NCBI GenBank assembly: GCA_040081625.1 | Contig: JBEBGD010000059.1 | Location: forward strand, 1-35,250 | Source of the DNA: Chthoniobacteraceae bacterium | GTDB lineage: Bacteria > Verrucomicrobiota > Verrucomicrobiia > Chthoniobacterales > Chthoniobacteraceae | DNA length: 35,250 nt | Direction of reading: 5' to 3' | Shown: positions 21,697 through 32,486 of the stretch, one piece after another | How positions within the stretch are numbered: the stretch's first letter is position 1 | How the letters are laid out: every line of letters starts with the position of its first letter | Made by a program: the position numbers and the translations under genes | Notes under the pieces: generated by a model | The model's input: only the letters and a program-made list of their open reading frames with translations | Told to the model about the DNA's origin: nothing | Databases searched by the model: none

Positions 21697-24524
21697 AACC
21701 CGCCCGAATCCCGTCGGCGACCTATCGTCTCCAGTTCAACAAGCACTTCACCTTCCGGCAGGCACGCGAGCTGGTGCCCTACCTGCGCGACCTCGGGATC
21801 AGCCACGTTTATTCGTCGCCCTACTTCCGTGCCAGTCCCGACAGCCTGCACGGCTACGACATCGGCGATCACAACGAGCTGAATCCCGCGATCGGGACGC
21901 GTGAGGAATACGATGAGTTCGTGCGCACGCTGCACGAGCACGGGCTCGGTCAGATCGTCGATTTCGTCCCGAACCACATGGGCATCGCCACGCCGGTCAA
22001 TACGTGGTGGACCGACGTGCTGGAGAACGGACCGAGCTCCGTCTTCGCCCCACACTTCGACATCGACTGGAACCCGCTGAAGAGGGACCTCGAGAACTGC
22101 GTGCTGCTCCCGATCCTCGGCGATCAATACGGGCGCGTGCTTGAGCGCGGGGAGTTCAAGCTGGAGTTTGAGGCCGGCGCATTCTTCGTCCGCTACTTCG
22201 ACACTCGCCTGCCAGTCGCGCCGCGGACCTATTCGCTGATCCTCAAGCCGACGCTCGCGAAGCTCGCATCGATGGGTGTGTCGGAGGATTTCCAGGCGGA
22301 GTTTCAGAGCGTGATCACCGCGCTCGAGCATCTTCCGCCGCGCACCGCGACGGATCCCAAGCAGATCGCCGAGCGAGTGAGGGAGAAGGAGATCATCAAG
22401 CGGCGACTTCTTCGCCGCTGCGACGAGTGTCCCGAGCTGGTCGAGGCGATCGGGGCGGTGATGCGCGAGATCGAGGGCCGGCCCGGCGATGCGCGAAGCT
22501 TCGATGCGTTCGATGAACTGATCTCCGCGCAGGCCTACCGCTTGAGCTACTGGCGCGTCGCGGCAGAGGAGATCAATTACCGGCGCTTCTTCGACATCAA
22601 CGAACTCGCCGCGATCCGTGTCGAGCTGCCCGAAGTTTTCGAGGCCACGCACCGATTCATCTTCGAGCTGATCGGCAACGGCTCCGTCGATGGGCTGCGC
22701 ATCGATCATGTGGATGGACTGTGGAATCCCGGCGAATACCTCGCGCAGCTCCAGGCGCGAACGGCGCAACTCACCGGCGACGTGCCGGGCGGCCTGCCGC
22801 TTTATTTGCTCGTCGAAAAAATTCTGCTCGGCGAGGAGCGGCTGCGGCCCGAGTGGCCGGTCCACGGCACCACAGGATACGAGTTTGCAAATCAGGCGAT
22901 CCGGTTGCTGATCGATCCGGCGGCGGAACCCGCGCTGACCGCTTGCTACGAGGAGTTCATCGACGACGCGCCGCGCTTCACGGAGATCGCCTACCAGCGG
23001 AAGCAGCTCGTGATGCGGCTGGCGCTCGCCAGCGAGATCAACGTGCTCGCCTTCATGCTCGACCGGCTTTCGGAGCGGAATCGCTGGTATCGCGACTTCA
23101 CGCTCAACGCGCTGACCACCGCGGTGCGCGAAGTCATCGCCTGCTTTCCGGTGTATCGCGCTTACGTCACGCCCGAGCAGGAGCCGACGCGCGAGGACAT
23201 CCGGGAGGTCGAAAGCGCGGTGCGACTCGCGGAACGGCGCAACCCCGGCATCGAGCGTTCGGTGTTCGATTTCCTCGGCGAGATCCTGCTGAAGAAGTTC
23301 CCCGAGAACATCGACGATGAAGCGCGCGCCGAGCACTTGAAGTTCGTGATGAAGTTTCAGCAATGCACCGGGCCGATCATGGCCAAGGGCGTCGAGGACA
23401 CGACGTTCTACATTTACAACCGCCTCGTCGCGCTCAACGAAGTCGGTGGCGAGCCGCATCACTTCTCGCTTTCGCCGGAGGGATTCTTTGACCAATGCGC
23501 CACGCGATTGCATGAGCACCCGCACTGCATGCTTGCGACTTCGACGCATGACACCAAGCGCAGCGAGGACGTGCGCGCGAGGATCGCCGCGCTGTCGGAG
23601 TTGGCAGCGGAGTGGCGCGAGGCGCTCCCGCGCTGGAGCGCCGCGAACCGCGATCACAAGCGCGATATCGATGGAGAACTCGCGCCGGACAGGAACGAGG
23701 AATACCTGATCTACCAGACGTTGCTGGGCGCCTGGCCGCTTGAGTCGATGGACGACGCGGCACGCGATTGCTTCGTCGGACGCATCCAGGACTACCTCAT
23801 CAAGGCGATGCGGGAGGCGAAGGTGAACAGCAGTTGGGTGCAGCCGAATGACGCGTGGGAGGACGCGGTGCGGAGTTTTGTGGCGCGCGTATTGCAGCCC
23901 GGCGCGAACGACTTTCTGGCCACGTTCACGCCGTTCGCGGAGCGGATCGCGCGGCTCGGCTCCATCAACTCGCTCGCGCAGACGGTGCTCAAGACGACGG
24001 TCCCCGGCGTGCCTGATTTCTACCAGGGCACCGAGCTTTGGGATCTCAGCCTCGTCGATCCCGACAACCGCCGTTTGGTCGATTACGACGCGCGGCGCGA
24101 GGCGCTCGCCTCGCTCGACGGTGCGGCTCCCGCATCGCTTTTCCAGGAATGGCGCGACGGTCGGATCAAGCTTCTCGTCACCCGCGCGTTGCTGAACTTC
24201 CGTCGCGAGCATCCTGCGCTGTTCGCGTCAGGGGACTTCGCACCCGTGGCTGTGAGAGGGACGTTCGCCGGATGTTGCGTCGCCTTCGTGCGGCGATTCG
24301 AGGGCGGGGCGGTTCTCGTCGTCGTGCCGCGCCTTTCGGCGCGGGTCGGGTTTCCGCCAGTCGGAGACGCATGGCGGGACACCGCATTTGGCTGGCCGGC
24401 GGAGTTTGGCGGAAAGCAGGTCCGGGAGCTTTTCACCGGAGCGGAGTTTTCCGTGTCCGATGCGCCGCTCGCGCTCGCAGATGCGTTTCGCGTGTTGCCA
24501 GTGGCGGCCTTCACTTTGGCGTGA
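21693..24524 (+). CDS. treY: Malto-oligosyltrehalose synthase
   Basis: Motifs PSATYRLQF, HGYD, DFVPNHM, INYRRFFDIN, GLRIDHVDGL, VEKIL, AKGVEDT, STHDTKRSEDVRARI and SLVDPDNRR. ATGA overlap with treZ. Confidence 0.96.
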   Translation: MKPARIPSATYRLQFNKHFTFRQARELVPYLRDLGISHVYSSPYFRASPDSLHGYDIGDHNELNPAIGTREEYDEFVRTLHEHGLGQIVDFVPNHMGIATPVNTWWTDVLENGPSSVFAPHFDIDWNPLKRDLENCVLLPILGDQYGRVLERGEFKLEFEAGAFFVRYFDTRLPVAPRTYSLILKPTLAKLASMGVSEDFQAEFQSVITALEHLPPRTATDPKQIAERVREKEIIKRRLLRRCDECPELVEAIGAVMREIEGRPGDARSFDAFDELISAQAYRLSYWRVAAEEINYRRFFDINELAAIRVELPEVFEATHRFIFELIGNGSVDGLRIDHVDGLWNPGEYLAQLQARTAQLTGDVPGGLPLYLLVEKILLGEERLRPEWPVHGTTGYEFANQAIRLLIDPAAEPALTACYEEFIDDAPRFTEIAYQRKQLVMRLALASEINVLAFMLDRLSERNRWYRDFTLNALTTAVREVIACFPVYRAYVTPEQEPTREDIREVESAVRLAERRNPGIERSVFDFLGEILLKKFPENIDDEARAEHLKFVMKFQQCTGPIMAKGVEDTTFYIYNRLVALNEVGGEPHHFSLSPEGFFDQCATRLHEHPHCMLATSTHDTKRSEDVRARIAALSELAAEWREALPRWSAANRDHKRDIDGELAPDRNEEYLIYQTLLGAWPLESMDDAARDCFVGRIQDYLIKAMREAKVNSSWVQPNDAWEDAVRSFVARVLQPGANDFLATFTPFAERIARLGSINSLAQTVLKTTVPGVPDFYQGTELWDLSLVDPDNRRLVDYDARREALASLDGAAPASLFQEWRDGRIKLLVTRALLNFRREHPALFASGDFAPVAVRGTFAGCCVAFVRRFEGGAVLVVVPRLSARVGFPPVGDAWRDTAFGWPAEFGGKQVRELFTGAEFSVSDAPLALADAFRVLPVAAFTLA

Positions 24525-24529
24525 GTCGC

Positions 24530-27500
24530 CTATTTCCGATCGCTGGCTTTGCGTAGCTGTGGCTGCGGGCTTTGCTTTGCTGCGGCGACGTCGGCCTTGA
24601 GGACTTCGATGGCTTTCTGGAGTTGCGCATCGATGCCACGCGGGAGGTCGCCCGGCTTGGGCCAGAGGATGTGGTCGGGCTTCGCGCCGTTGAGTTCCAT
24701 GTCCTGTCCGTCGGCGAGTGCAAACCAACCGCGACCGGGCACCCGCAGCGTGCCGGCATCCATGATGTTCGTGGAACCGGTGCTGATGACTCCGCCAGCG
24801 GTCGGCACGCCGATGAGTTGGCCGCGCTTTAGTGTCTTGATCGCGTGGCTGAAGATCTCGGCGTTGCTGAAGCTGTTTTGATTGCAGAGCACTGCGATGG
24901 GCTTGTTCCAGACTGCATAGACGATGCGGTCCTGCGGGTAGCCGGCGGCACCGCCTCGTGGGACGGTGATGGCGTGGCGGGGCTGAGTCAGCGCTGTGAG
25001 CAGGTGATCGGTGGTCGAGCCGCCGCCGTTCTCGCGCACGTCGATGATGAGACCGTCCCGGCCCGCTCCGGCGGCGTAGAGTTCCTCCTGGAATCGCTGG
25101 AAGCTGGCGTCGTCCATCTTGCTGATGTGCAGGTAGCCGAGTGTGCCGCCGGAGGTTTTCTCGACGAGGCTGCGGTTGTCCTTGATCCAGCGCTCATAGA
25201 GAAGGGCGCGCGCGGCGTTGTAGGTAATCGGGCGCAGCTTCACATCGCGCTCTGTGCCGTCGGCGGTGAGCACGCGTAGCGCGATGTCGCGCTCGATCGG
25301 GCCATTGAGCACTTCGCTCATGTCGGTCGTGGGCTGCACGTCCCGGCCATCGATGCGCAGGACGATCTCGCCGGGCTGAATGCGGCTGGCGCTGTGGCTG
25401 GCGGGTCCTTTCGGCAGCACGTCGCGCACTTTCCATCCCGGTCCGGCGAAGGCGGGATCGAAGCGCAACCCGAGGTGAGCGGTTTCCTCGCGCCAGGTGT
25501 TCGAGGGAGCGAGCGTGGCGTTGAGCGTGAAGCCGAGGTGCGAGCCGTTGAGTTCCCCGAGCATCATGTGGATCACGTCCGCGACTGCGCGCATGTCGGT
25601 CGCGCTCGCTGCGACGGCGGCATACTTTTCACGGATGGCGTTCCAATCGCGGTTGCCGAGCCGCTCGTCGTAGTAGCGGTCGCGCATGGTCTGCCAGCAT
25701 TGGTCGAAGATGGCTCGGTGCTTGTCGGCGCGGGTGCTGGTCTGCTGGGCCTTGAAGCTGAAAGTGTTCACGGATGCCGGCGCGCTTGTGGTTGCCTTGG
25801 CGGAGACGGACGCCGGTTTGCCTTCGCTGAGGAAGACGATCTGGTCGTCGTGCCGCAGCCAGCGCAGTTCCGTGCCTGCGACGGGAGCGAGGAGTTTTGG
25901 CTTCACGTCATCGGGGATCTCGACGGTGTAGGTGCCGCGCTTGCCCTCGACGGTGGCGACGAAGGCGAGCTTCTTCGAGTCGGGCGACCATGCGAGTTGC
26001 GACTCGATTGAGTTCGGAATTGCAATGCGATGGATGCGCTCGTGGATCTCGTCGAGGTCGAGTTTAACCGGCACGGGTTTCGGCGTTGCGGCTGGCGCCG
26101 GAGTTCTCGGTGCGGTGCCTGTGGCGGGACGCGCGGTCTTCGCCGCCGGCGCTGCCTTGGTGATCTTCTCCCGCGCCTTCGTCACGGTGCGTTCGCGCTT
26201 GGTGCGTTCCTCGTCCTCGGCGCGCATCCACACGTAGAAGATATCGACTTCGTTGTTCTCGCGCATTCCGGTCCACGCGATGAGGCGGCCATCCGGCGAC
26301 CACGCGGGGGCGCCGTCGTTGTCGGGATGGCGCGAGAGATTGAAGGGCGCGCGCGCTCCGTCCGTGCTCGTCAACCACACGTCGCCATTGAACCACTCGT
26401 CGCTGAGCGAATAGACAATCCACGCGCTGTCGGGCGAGAAGTCGAAGTCGGGTGAGTTCCATGATTCGAGGAGGCGTCGCGCGTTCTGCCCGTCTGCATC
26501 CGTGATCCAGAGATCGCCGCGCGCCTTGAGGTAGGCGATGCGCTTGCCGTCGGGCGCGAACTTCACGTGCGACTCGGCGTCCGCATCGTCGGTGAGGCGG
26601 GTCAGGGTGAAGGCCGGGTTCTCCCACCAAAACTTCGCCGGCTGTTCCGGGACGGCTTTCCACACGTCAGTCTGTCCACCCGAGTCGCTGACGAAGCAGA
26701 GCGATTTTCCATCGGGCGCGAAGACGACGCCGCGCTCCTCCCCGGCAGTGTGCGTGAGCTGGCGCGGCTCGCGCAGCACCGTATCCATCACCCACACATC
26801 GCCGCCGGAGAGGAAGGCGATCTGCAAGCCGTCCGGCGTGAAGGACACGCCAGTCGCGCGTTCGAGCACGAGGCGATCGAGGGGCGAATCGAGCGCGTCG
26901 CCCACGCGCTGGATCGCGATCTTCCTCGGCGCCGCCGCGCCGCCTGGCTGCCAACGGTAGAAGTCGAACAAGTGCCGGAACACGAGCGTGCGGCCATCGC
27001 GCGAGAGTGTGGGGAAGACCACGCCGTCAGTTTTGAATGTGGTGCGCTGCACGTCCCTGCCGCTCGCGAGATCGTGCTCCCAGAGGTTGCCGGTGCCGTC
27101 GATGTTCGACACGTAATAGAATCCTTTCGCATCCGGTTTCCAAAGCGGCCAGCGGCACTCCGCGTCTCCGGTCTTGATCTGCGTGCAACTTCCGTCGTCG
27201 CGATCGAGCAGCCAGATCTGCCCGGCCCGCGCCCCGCGATAACCCTGACGCCACCAAGACTCGCCCTCGCGCACGAACAGCACGCGCCGGCCATCCGGCG
27301 ACACCGAGGCTTCCGCTGCGTAATCGTCGAGAAGGATTTGCTCCGCGCGCCGTGCATTCACATCGAGCACGGCCAGCCGCTGCGAACGCGACTCGCGCAG
27401 CCACGAGAGATCGCGCGCCAGGCTCACGAGCAGTGCCTTTCCGTCCGGCATCCATTCCTCGATCTCGTAGCCCTCCGTGTGCCACGTCAGTTGCCGCGGT

Positions 27501-27814
27501 TCGCCGCCTTTCGCGGGCATCACATACGCCTGCCGGCTGCGGTCGCGATTGCTGATGAAGGCGAGTTGTTTCCCGTCAGGCGAAAACGCGGGCGAAGAGT
27601 CCGTCGCGACATGCTGAGTGAGCTGTCGCGCCTCGCCGCCCGCCACCGGCACGCTCCAGATGTCGCCGCGCCACGCGAAGGCCAGCGTCTTTCCATCGGG
27701 TGAAAGTGCGGGCTCTTGCGCGAGTGTGATCGGTTCGCCGTAGGCCGATGGCAGGAGCGCAAAGGCGGTGGCGACGATTGCGGCGAGCGATGCAGGCGTA
27801 TGTCGGAAGGTCAT
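24530..27814 (-). CDS. Tricorn-like S41 family peptidase (PD40/TolB-like propellers, PDZ, S41 catalytic domain)
   Basis: It has a signal peptide, many (S/A/T)PDG repeats, GELNGSH, GYLHI, GLIIDVRENGGG, NQNSFSNAEIFSH (catalytic Ser), G.PTAGGVI and DAQL.KA. Confidence 0.92.
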   Translation of the reverse strand: MTFRHTPASLAAIVATAFALLPSAYGEPITLAQEPALSPDGKTLAFAWRGDIWSVPVAGGEARQLTQHVATDSSPAFSPDGKQLAFISNRDRSRQAYVMPAKGGEPRQLTWHTEGYEIEEWMPDGKALLVSLARDLSWLRESRSQRLAVLDVNARRAEQILLDDYAAEASVSPDGRRVLFVREGESWWRQGYRGARAGQIWLLDRDDGSCTQIKTGDAECRWPLWKPDAKGFYYVSNIDGTGNLWEHDLASGRDVQRTTFKTDGVVFPTLSRDGRTLVFRHLFDFYRWQPGGAAAPRKIAIQRVGDALDSPLDRLVLERATGVSFTPDGLQIAFLSGGDVWVMDTVLREPRQLTHTAGEERGVVFAPDGKSLCFVSDSGGQTDVWKAVPEQPAKFWWENPAFTLTRLTDDADAESHVKFAPDGKRIAYLKARGDLWITDADGQNARRLLESWNSPDFDFSPDSAWIVYSLSDEWFNGDVWLTSTDGARAPFNLSRHPDNDGAPAWSPDGRLIAWTGMRENNEVDIFYVWMRAEDEERTKRERTVTKAREKITKAAPAAKTARPATGTAPRTPAPAATPKPVPVKLDLDEIHERIHRIAIPNSIESQLAWSPDSKKLAFVATVEGKRGTYTVEIPDDVKPKLLAPVAGTELRWLRHDDQIVFLSEGKPASVSAKATTSAPASVNTFSFKAQQTSTRADKHRAIFDQCWQTMRDRYYDERLGNRDWNAIREKYAAVAASATDMRAVADVIHMMLGELNGSHLGFTLNATLAPSNTWREETAHLGLRFDPAFAGPGWKVRDVLPKGPASHSASRIQPGEIVLRIDGRDVQPTTDMSEVLNGPIERDIALRVLTADGTERDVKLRPITYNAARALLYERWIKDNRSLVEKTSGGTLGYLHISKMDDASFQRFQEELYAAGAGRDGLIIDVRENGGGSTTDHLLTALTQPRHAITVPRGGAAGYPQDRIVYAVWNKPIAVLCNQNSFSNAEIFSHAIKTLKRGQLIGVPTAGGVISTGSTNIMDAGTLRVPGRGWFALADGQDMELNGAKPDHILWPKPGDLPRGIDAQLQKAIEVLKADVAAAKQSPQPQLRKASDRK

Positions 27815-27910
27815 GGTGGGGGCTTGGCTTTGAGCGAAGTGCTACGTGCTCAATTCCGGCAGGGAGGAAAGTTAAGGAGCAACTGATCAGCCGATGGAAT
27901 CAGCGCCAAA

Positions 27911-29674
27911 TCAGAACGGCCAGAACTTCGGAATGAAATACACGGCGAGGATCCAGAAGATGATGTTCAGCGGGATGCCGGCGCGCATGAAGTCGGTGAA
28001 GCGGTAGCCGCCGGCATTATAGACCATCGTGTTTGTCTGGTAGCCGACGGGCGTGGCGAAGCTGGTCGAGGCGGCGAAGCACACCGCGATGAGAAACGGC
28101 TTCGGATCGACGCCCATGCTGTTGGCGGTCGAAATTGCGATTGGCGCGAGGAGCACGGCGGCGGCGTTGTTGCTCATCGTCTCGGTCAGCGCGGCGGTCA
28201 GCAGGTAGAGCACGGCGAGCACGGCGATGGGGCCGAAGGGGCCGACGAAGCCGAGCGCGTGGGTCGAGATGAGCTGCGCTGCGCCGCTCCTTTCCATGGC
28301 GATGCCGAGCGGCAGGATGCCCGCGAGGAGGAAGATGACCTTCCAGTCGATCGCCGCGTAAGCCTCCTCGAGATTGATGCAACGGGTGAGCACCAGCGCG
28401 ACGCAGCCGAGCAGCGCGGTGACGAGGATGGGCAGCACACCGAACGCGGCGAGGCCGACGGCGAGCGCGATGATCCCAATTGCGACCGGTGCCTTGCCCC
28501 GCCGGAGCGATGGCTCCTCGACCTCGGAGAGGACGATGAAGTTTTCGTCCGCACGCAAGCGCTCGATCTCGGCTTTCGGCGCCTGGAGCAGCAGCGCGTC
28601 GCCGAAGTGCAGCGTCACATCCCGGAGCTTATCGCGCAGAGTGTGGCCGCGGCGCTGGATGCCGAGGGCGAGCGCGTTGTAGCGGCGGGTGAAGCTCAGC
28701 TCGGCGAGCGTGTGGCCGATCAGGCGCGAGCGTGGAGCGACGAGGATCTCAACGAGCGCGACGTCGTCGGTGCGAAGGATCTCATCCTCGAGCTTGAAGC
28801 GTGGCTCGATCACCAGCTTGGAGGAATCGCGCAGCTCCATCAGGTCGTCGAGTTTGCCGCTCACGAGCAATACATCGCCGCTGCGCAGCGGTTCGTGCAG
28901 CGGGCGCCAGAGCTTTTCCTCCGCGCGCAGAATCTCGAGCACCGTGGCGGCACCCGAAGATCCGAGCACGCTATTGGAAACCGTCTTGCCGATTAGCGGC
29001 GAGTCCTCCATCACGCGCAGTTCGATGATGTAGTCGCCGAGTTGATACGTCTCGGTGAGTTGCGCACTGCGTCGATCGGGCAGAATCCAGCGGCCGAAGA
29101 CCAGCAAATAGACGATGCCTGCGACGAACATGATCAGGCCGAGCGGCGCGAACTCGAACATCGAGAACGGGCCGCGACCGCTTTTCTCCGAGATCGAGCT
29201 GACGAGCAGATTCGTGGACGTGCCGATGAGCGTGCAGACGCCGCCAAACTGCGATGCATACGAGAGAGGGATGAGCAGCTTCGCCGGCGAAATCTCGCGG
29301 CGCCGCCCGAGCGTGAGCACCAGCGGGAGAAAGACCGCCACGGCGGCGGTGTTGTTGATGAAGGCGGACACGGCGCCGACAGTCAGCATCACCAGCAAAA
29401 GCAGCGCGGAGTAGCTGGTGCCGAAGCGCATGAGAGTGCGCCCGAGCACGCCGAGCGCGCCGGTTTTGCGAAGCGCAGCGCTGAGCACGAACATCGAGCC
29501 CACCGTAAGCGTGGCGGGATTGCTGAAGCCGGAGACGCCCTCCTGCACCGTCACCAGTCCGCACGCGAGTAGCGCGCCAAGCACCATCACGGCGACAAAA
29601 TCGACCGGAAATTTCTCCGTCGCAAACAACACAACCGCGATCAGAAGAATGGCGAAGACGAGGATGATTTCCAT
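27911..29674 (-). CDS. SLC13/DASS family permease with two TrkA-C (RCK_C) domains
   Basis: Hydrophobic N- and C-terminal halves carry GFSNPA, SAFINNTA, GG.CTLIGTSTNL, TETMSNNA and FATPVGYQTN. The central soluble part has the TrkA-C repeats (SPLIGKT, SRLIGHT). Confidence 0.92.
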   Translation of the reverse strand: MEIILVFAILLIAVVLFATEKFPVDFVAVMVLGALLACGLVTVQEGVSGFSNPATLTVGSMFVLSAALRKTGALGVLGRTLMRFGTSYSALLLLVMLTVGAVSAFINNTAAVAVFLPLVLTLGRRREISPAKLLIPLSYASQFGGVCTLIGTSTNLLVSSISEKSGRGPFSMFEFAPLGLIMFVAGIVYLLVFGRWILPDRRSAQLTETYQLGDYIIELRVMEDSPLIGKTVSNSVLGSSGAATVLEILRAEEKLWRPLHEPLRSGDVLLVSGKLDDLMELRDSSKLVIEPRFKLEDEILRTDDVALVEILVAPRSRLIGHTLAELSFTRRYNALALGIQRRGHTLRDKLRDVTLHFGDALLLQAPKAEIERLRADENFIVLSEVEEPSLRRGKAPVAIGIIALAVGLAAFGVLPILVTALLGCVALVLTRCINLEEAYAAIDWKVIFLLAGILPLGIAMERSGAAQLISTHALGFVGPFGPIAVLAVLYLLTAALTETMSNNAAAVLLAPIAISTANSMGVDPKPFLIAVCFAASTSFATPVGYQTNTMVYNAGGYRFTDFMRAGIPLNIIFWILAVYFIPKFWPF

Positions 29675-29747
29675 GACGTGAGGCGCGATCTAAAGCGGCG
29701 GAAGTGGAGTGCGGCGAGCGGGGATTGGCAGGCGTCCGGAGGCCGAC

Positions 29748-32486
29748 TCAGCCTGTGGTGCGCAAGCCGCTCGCGATGGCGTTCACCGTGACCAGGAGTT
29801 GGATGAGGATATCCTCCGCGGGCTGCTCGCGGCGGACGGCGTCGCGGTAGAGACGCAGGAGTTCGATCTGCTTTGTGTGCAGCGTCCGCAGCCACGGCTG
29901 GCGGGCGGCGATCGTGTGGAAAAGTCGGGGCCGGTTTTCCTCGACCTGCCCTTCAAAGACGAGCTCGAGCATCGCACGCGTGCGCGCAAACTCGCCGGTG
30001 ATCCGCGTGAAGATGCGTTCGCGAACGGCATCGTCGTCCATGAGTCCGGCGTATTGCCCGGCGATCTCGAGATCCGCGCTCAACATGCTCGTGCTGACAT
30101 TCGTGAGGATGTAACGCAACGGCGCCCAATCCTCCGCGTGGCGCCGCAATTCCTCGAACGCTGCCGGGTCTTTAGCACGAAGATCCTCCAGCGCGCTGCC
30201 CGCGCCATACCAGCCGGTGAGGTAGAATCGCGACTGGCTCCAACTGAACACCCACGGGATCGCGCGCAGGTCGGAGATTGAAGCCTGTCCGGTGCGGCGC
30301 GACGGGCGTGATCCGATGCGGCTCGCCTCGACGGCATCGATCGGCGTGGCCTGCCGGAAAAACGAAAGGAAGCCGTTTTCGCGAATGAGCGCCTCGTAAG
30401 CGCCGCGGCTCGACGCCGCGAGGCGATCCATGACCGGCTCGAGCGGATGCGCTTCATCCGGCGTGTGTTCGTGCCGGAGCGTCGCGCGCGCCACGCCAGC
30501 CATGAGCAGCTCGAGGTTGTGCGCGGCGGTGAGGCGGTTGGCGTATTTTTGCGCGATCGTCTCGCCCTGTTCGGTCATTCGCAGATCACCGCCGAGCGAG
30601 GAGTGTGGCAGCGCGCTGGTGAACCGGTGCGTCGGCCCCGCGCCGCGGCTGATGGTGCCGCCGCGGCCGTGGAAAAATCGGACGCGCACGCCGTGCTCGC
30701 GCCCCACGTTAGCGAGCGCTTTTTGCGCGCGATGCAGATGCCACTGGCTCGCGACGATGCCGCCGTCCTTGTTGCTGTCGCTGTAGCCGATCATCACCTG
30801 CTGCACGAGATCGGTCGCGCCACTTTGCGCGCGCTGATACTCGAGACTGCGCAGCGTCAGCGGGTGCTCGAGAAAGCCGCGCAGGATCGCCGGGCTGCGC
30901 TCGAGGTCTTCGATCGTTTCGAAAAGCGGCACCACCGGCAGCGCGCAGATGAGACCGTTCGCGGAGTGAAAGACGAGCGGCGTCTCGCGGGCGAGCAGAT
31001 AGACGACGAGCAGGTCGGAGACGCTGCGAGTCATGCTGACAATGAGCGCGCCGAGCCCGTCGGTGCCCCATTCGTGGGCGTGCGCGGCGAGCACGCGATG
31101 GCAGTCGAGCACGGCGCTCGCTTCCGCGCCGAGCTGCGCATCCACTCGCGTGAAGGGCCGCGGCGAATTCAGCTCGCGATCGAGCAATCTGAGCCGCTGC
31201 ACCTCGGGCCACTCGGCGAAGTCGGAGCCGTCGAGCCCGGCCGCGGTGAGGAGTTGCGCGACGGCGAGATCGTGGAAGCCGCTGTTTTGACGGACATCGA
31301 GCGCGGCGAGGTGAAAGCCAAATGTCTGCGCGGTCCGGAGCGTCGGCTCGACTTCCACGGCCGCGACGCGCGACGCGCCGATCTCGACGAGCGAGCGCCG
31401 CAACAATGCAAGGTCCGCGATAATCTCGCGGGCGGTGCGGTAGCAGCCGGCGCGGTCGCCTTCCTCCGTGGGCAGCCGTGCGAGGATGAGGTTCACGAGC
31501 TGCCGCCAGGGTTCTTGCACATTCCGCCTCAGCGCCTGCTCGCCGCGCGCGCCGAGCAGCGCGGCGGTCTCTCGCACCCAATCGAGCATGAAGGCCGGCG
31601 GTTGCTGGAGGCGCGTCGAGAGCGAGAGGCGGCGGGCGATCAGCGCGAGTTGTTCGCGGAGCAGCCCGACGGCGTTGCGCCGCAGCTCGCGCAGCGTGTC
31701 GCGAGTGATCCCGGCGGTCACGAGCGGGTGGCCGTCGCGATCGCCGCCGACCCAGTCGCCAAACGAGAGCCGCGGCAGGCGATCCGGCTCGGCGAGCAGC
31801 GCCGCGTCGAAGCCGGCCTCCTCCCACGCTTCGCGCAGGCGCGTGTCGAGGAGCGGCAGGACGATCGGAAAAACATTGCGCAGGTAGTGGATGACATTGC
31901 GCAGCTCGGTGGAGACATCGGGCTTCTCGATGAAGATCTCGCCGGCGCGCCAGAGCCGCTCGAGCAGTGCCTTGATGGCGCTGCGGATCTCGCGCTGCTC
32001 GATCGGGGTCCACATCGGATTCTCGCGACGGACCACGAGCAGGTAGAGATCGCGATGGGCGTCGAGCACCGTTGCGCGCTTCGCCTCGGTCGGGTGCGCC
32101 GTGAGCACCGGTTCGACGCGGATACGAGGGAGCGCCGCGGCGATCTGCACTGCCGTGAGGCCGAGTTCCTTCAGCTCATTAAGCGCGCGGCCCCAAAGAC
32201 CAGGCTCGCGCGCCATGCCGTGCTGCGCCTCGCGCCCGCGGCGTGCCTGCGCGGCGGCATTCTCCTCGACGAGATTGAGCAACTGGAAGGCGATCGAATA
32301 AAGCTGCGCGACCCGCTCGACGGGAAGCGTCCCGTCACCGGAGGCGGGCGCGCTCTCGCTGGATAGAAGCTGCGCAAAGTCCGCGTGGCCGCTTTCGATC
32401 AGTGTCTCGCGCAGGCACTCCACGAGGAACGCCATGTCGCGTTCGACTTTCTCGAATCCCGGGGCTTTCACGTTGGCGGTGGTCAT
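29748..32486 (-). CDS. ppc: Phosphoenolpyruvate carboxylase
   Basis: Motifs VLTAHPTEA, WVGGDRDGHP, VVPLFETIEDL, QVMIGYSDSNKDGG, FFHGRGGTISRG and LRAIPWVFSW. Start placed at ATG 32486 (912 aa), because the longer ORF-track start overlaps the divergent gene. Confidence 0.95.
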   Translation of the reverse strand: MTTANVKAPGFEKVERDMAFLVECLRETLIESGHADFAQLLSSESAPASGDGTLPVERVAQLYSIAFQLLNLVEENAAAQARRGREAQHGMAREPGLWGRALNELKELGLTAVQIAAALPRIRVEPVLTAHPTEAKRATVLDAHRDLYLLVVRRENPMWTPIEQREIRSAIKALLERLWRAGEIFIEKPDVSTELRNVIHYLRNVFPIVLPLLDTRLREAWEEAGFDAALLAEPDRLPRLSFGDWVGGDRDGHPLVTAGITRDTLRELRRNAVGLLREQLALIARRLSLSTRLQQPPAFMLDWVRETAALLGARGEQALRRNVQEPWRQLVNLILARLPTEEGDRAGCYRTAREIIADLALLRRSLVEIGASRVAAVEVEPTLRTAQTFGFHLAALDVRQNSGFHDLAVAQLLTAAGLDGSDFAEWPEVQRLRLLDRELNSPRPFTRVDAQLGAEASAVLDCHRVLAAHAHEWGTDGLGALIVSMTRSVSDLLVVYLLARETPLVFHSANGLICALPVVPLFETIEDLERSPAILRGFLEHPLTLRSLEYQRAQSGATDLVQQVMIGYSDSNKDGGIVASQWHLHRAQKALANVGREHGVRVRFFHGRGGTISRGAGPTHRFTSALPHSSLGGDLRMTEQGETIAQKYANRLTAAHNLELLMAGVARATLRHEHTPDEAHPLEPVMDRLAASSRGAYEALIRENGFLSFFRQATPIDAVEASRIGSRPSRRTGQASISDLRAIPWVFSWSQSRFYLTGWYGAGSALEDLRAKDPAAFEELRRHAEDWAPLRYILTNVSTSMLSADLEIAGQYAGLMDDDAVRERIFTRITGEFARTRAMLELVFEGQVEENRPRLFHTIAARQPWLRTLHTKQIELLRLYRDAVRREQPAEDILIQLLVTVNAIASGLRTTG

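Noticed and set aside
21138..24212. 1024-aa minus-strand ORF, and similar long antisense ORFs at 1488-3713, 16541-18529 and 30447-32366
   Set aside because: They lie opposite well-supported genes and have no recognisable motifs.
24525..24529. Expected bidirectional terminator between convergent treY and the S41 peptidase
   Set aside because: The stops are only 5 nt apart and no convincing hairpin is visible.
26060..26160. Ala/Pro/Thr/Lys-rich low-complexity stretch in the tricorn-like protease
   Set aside because: It is an ordinary flexible linker at a position where tricorn homologues commonly have one.
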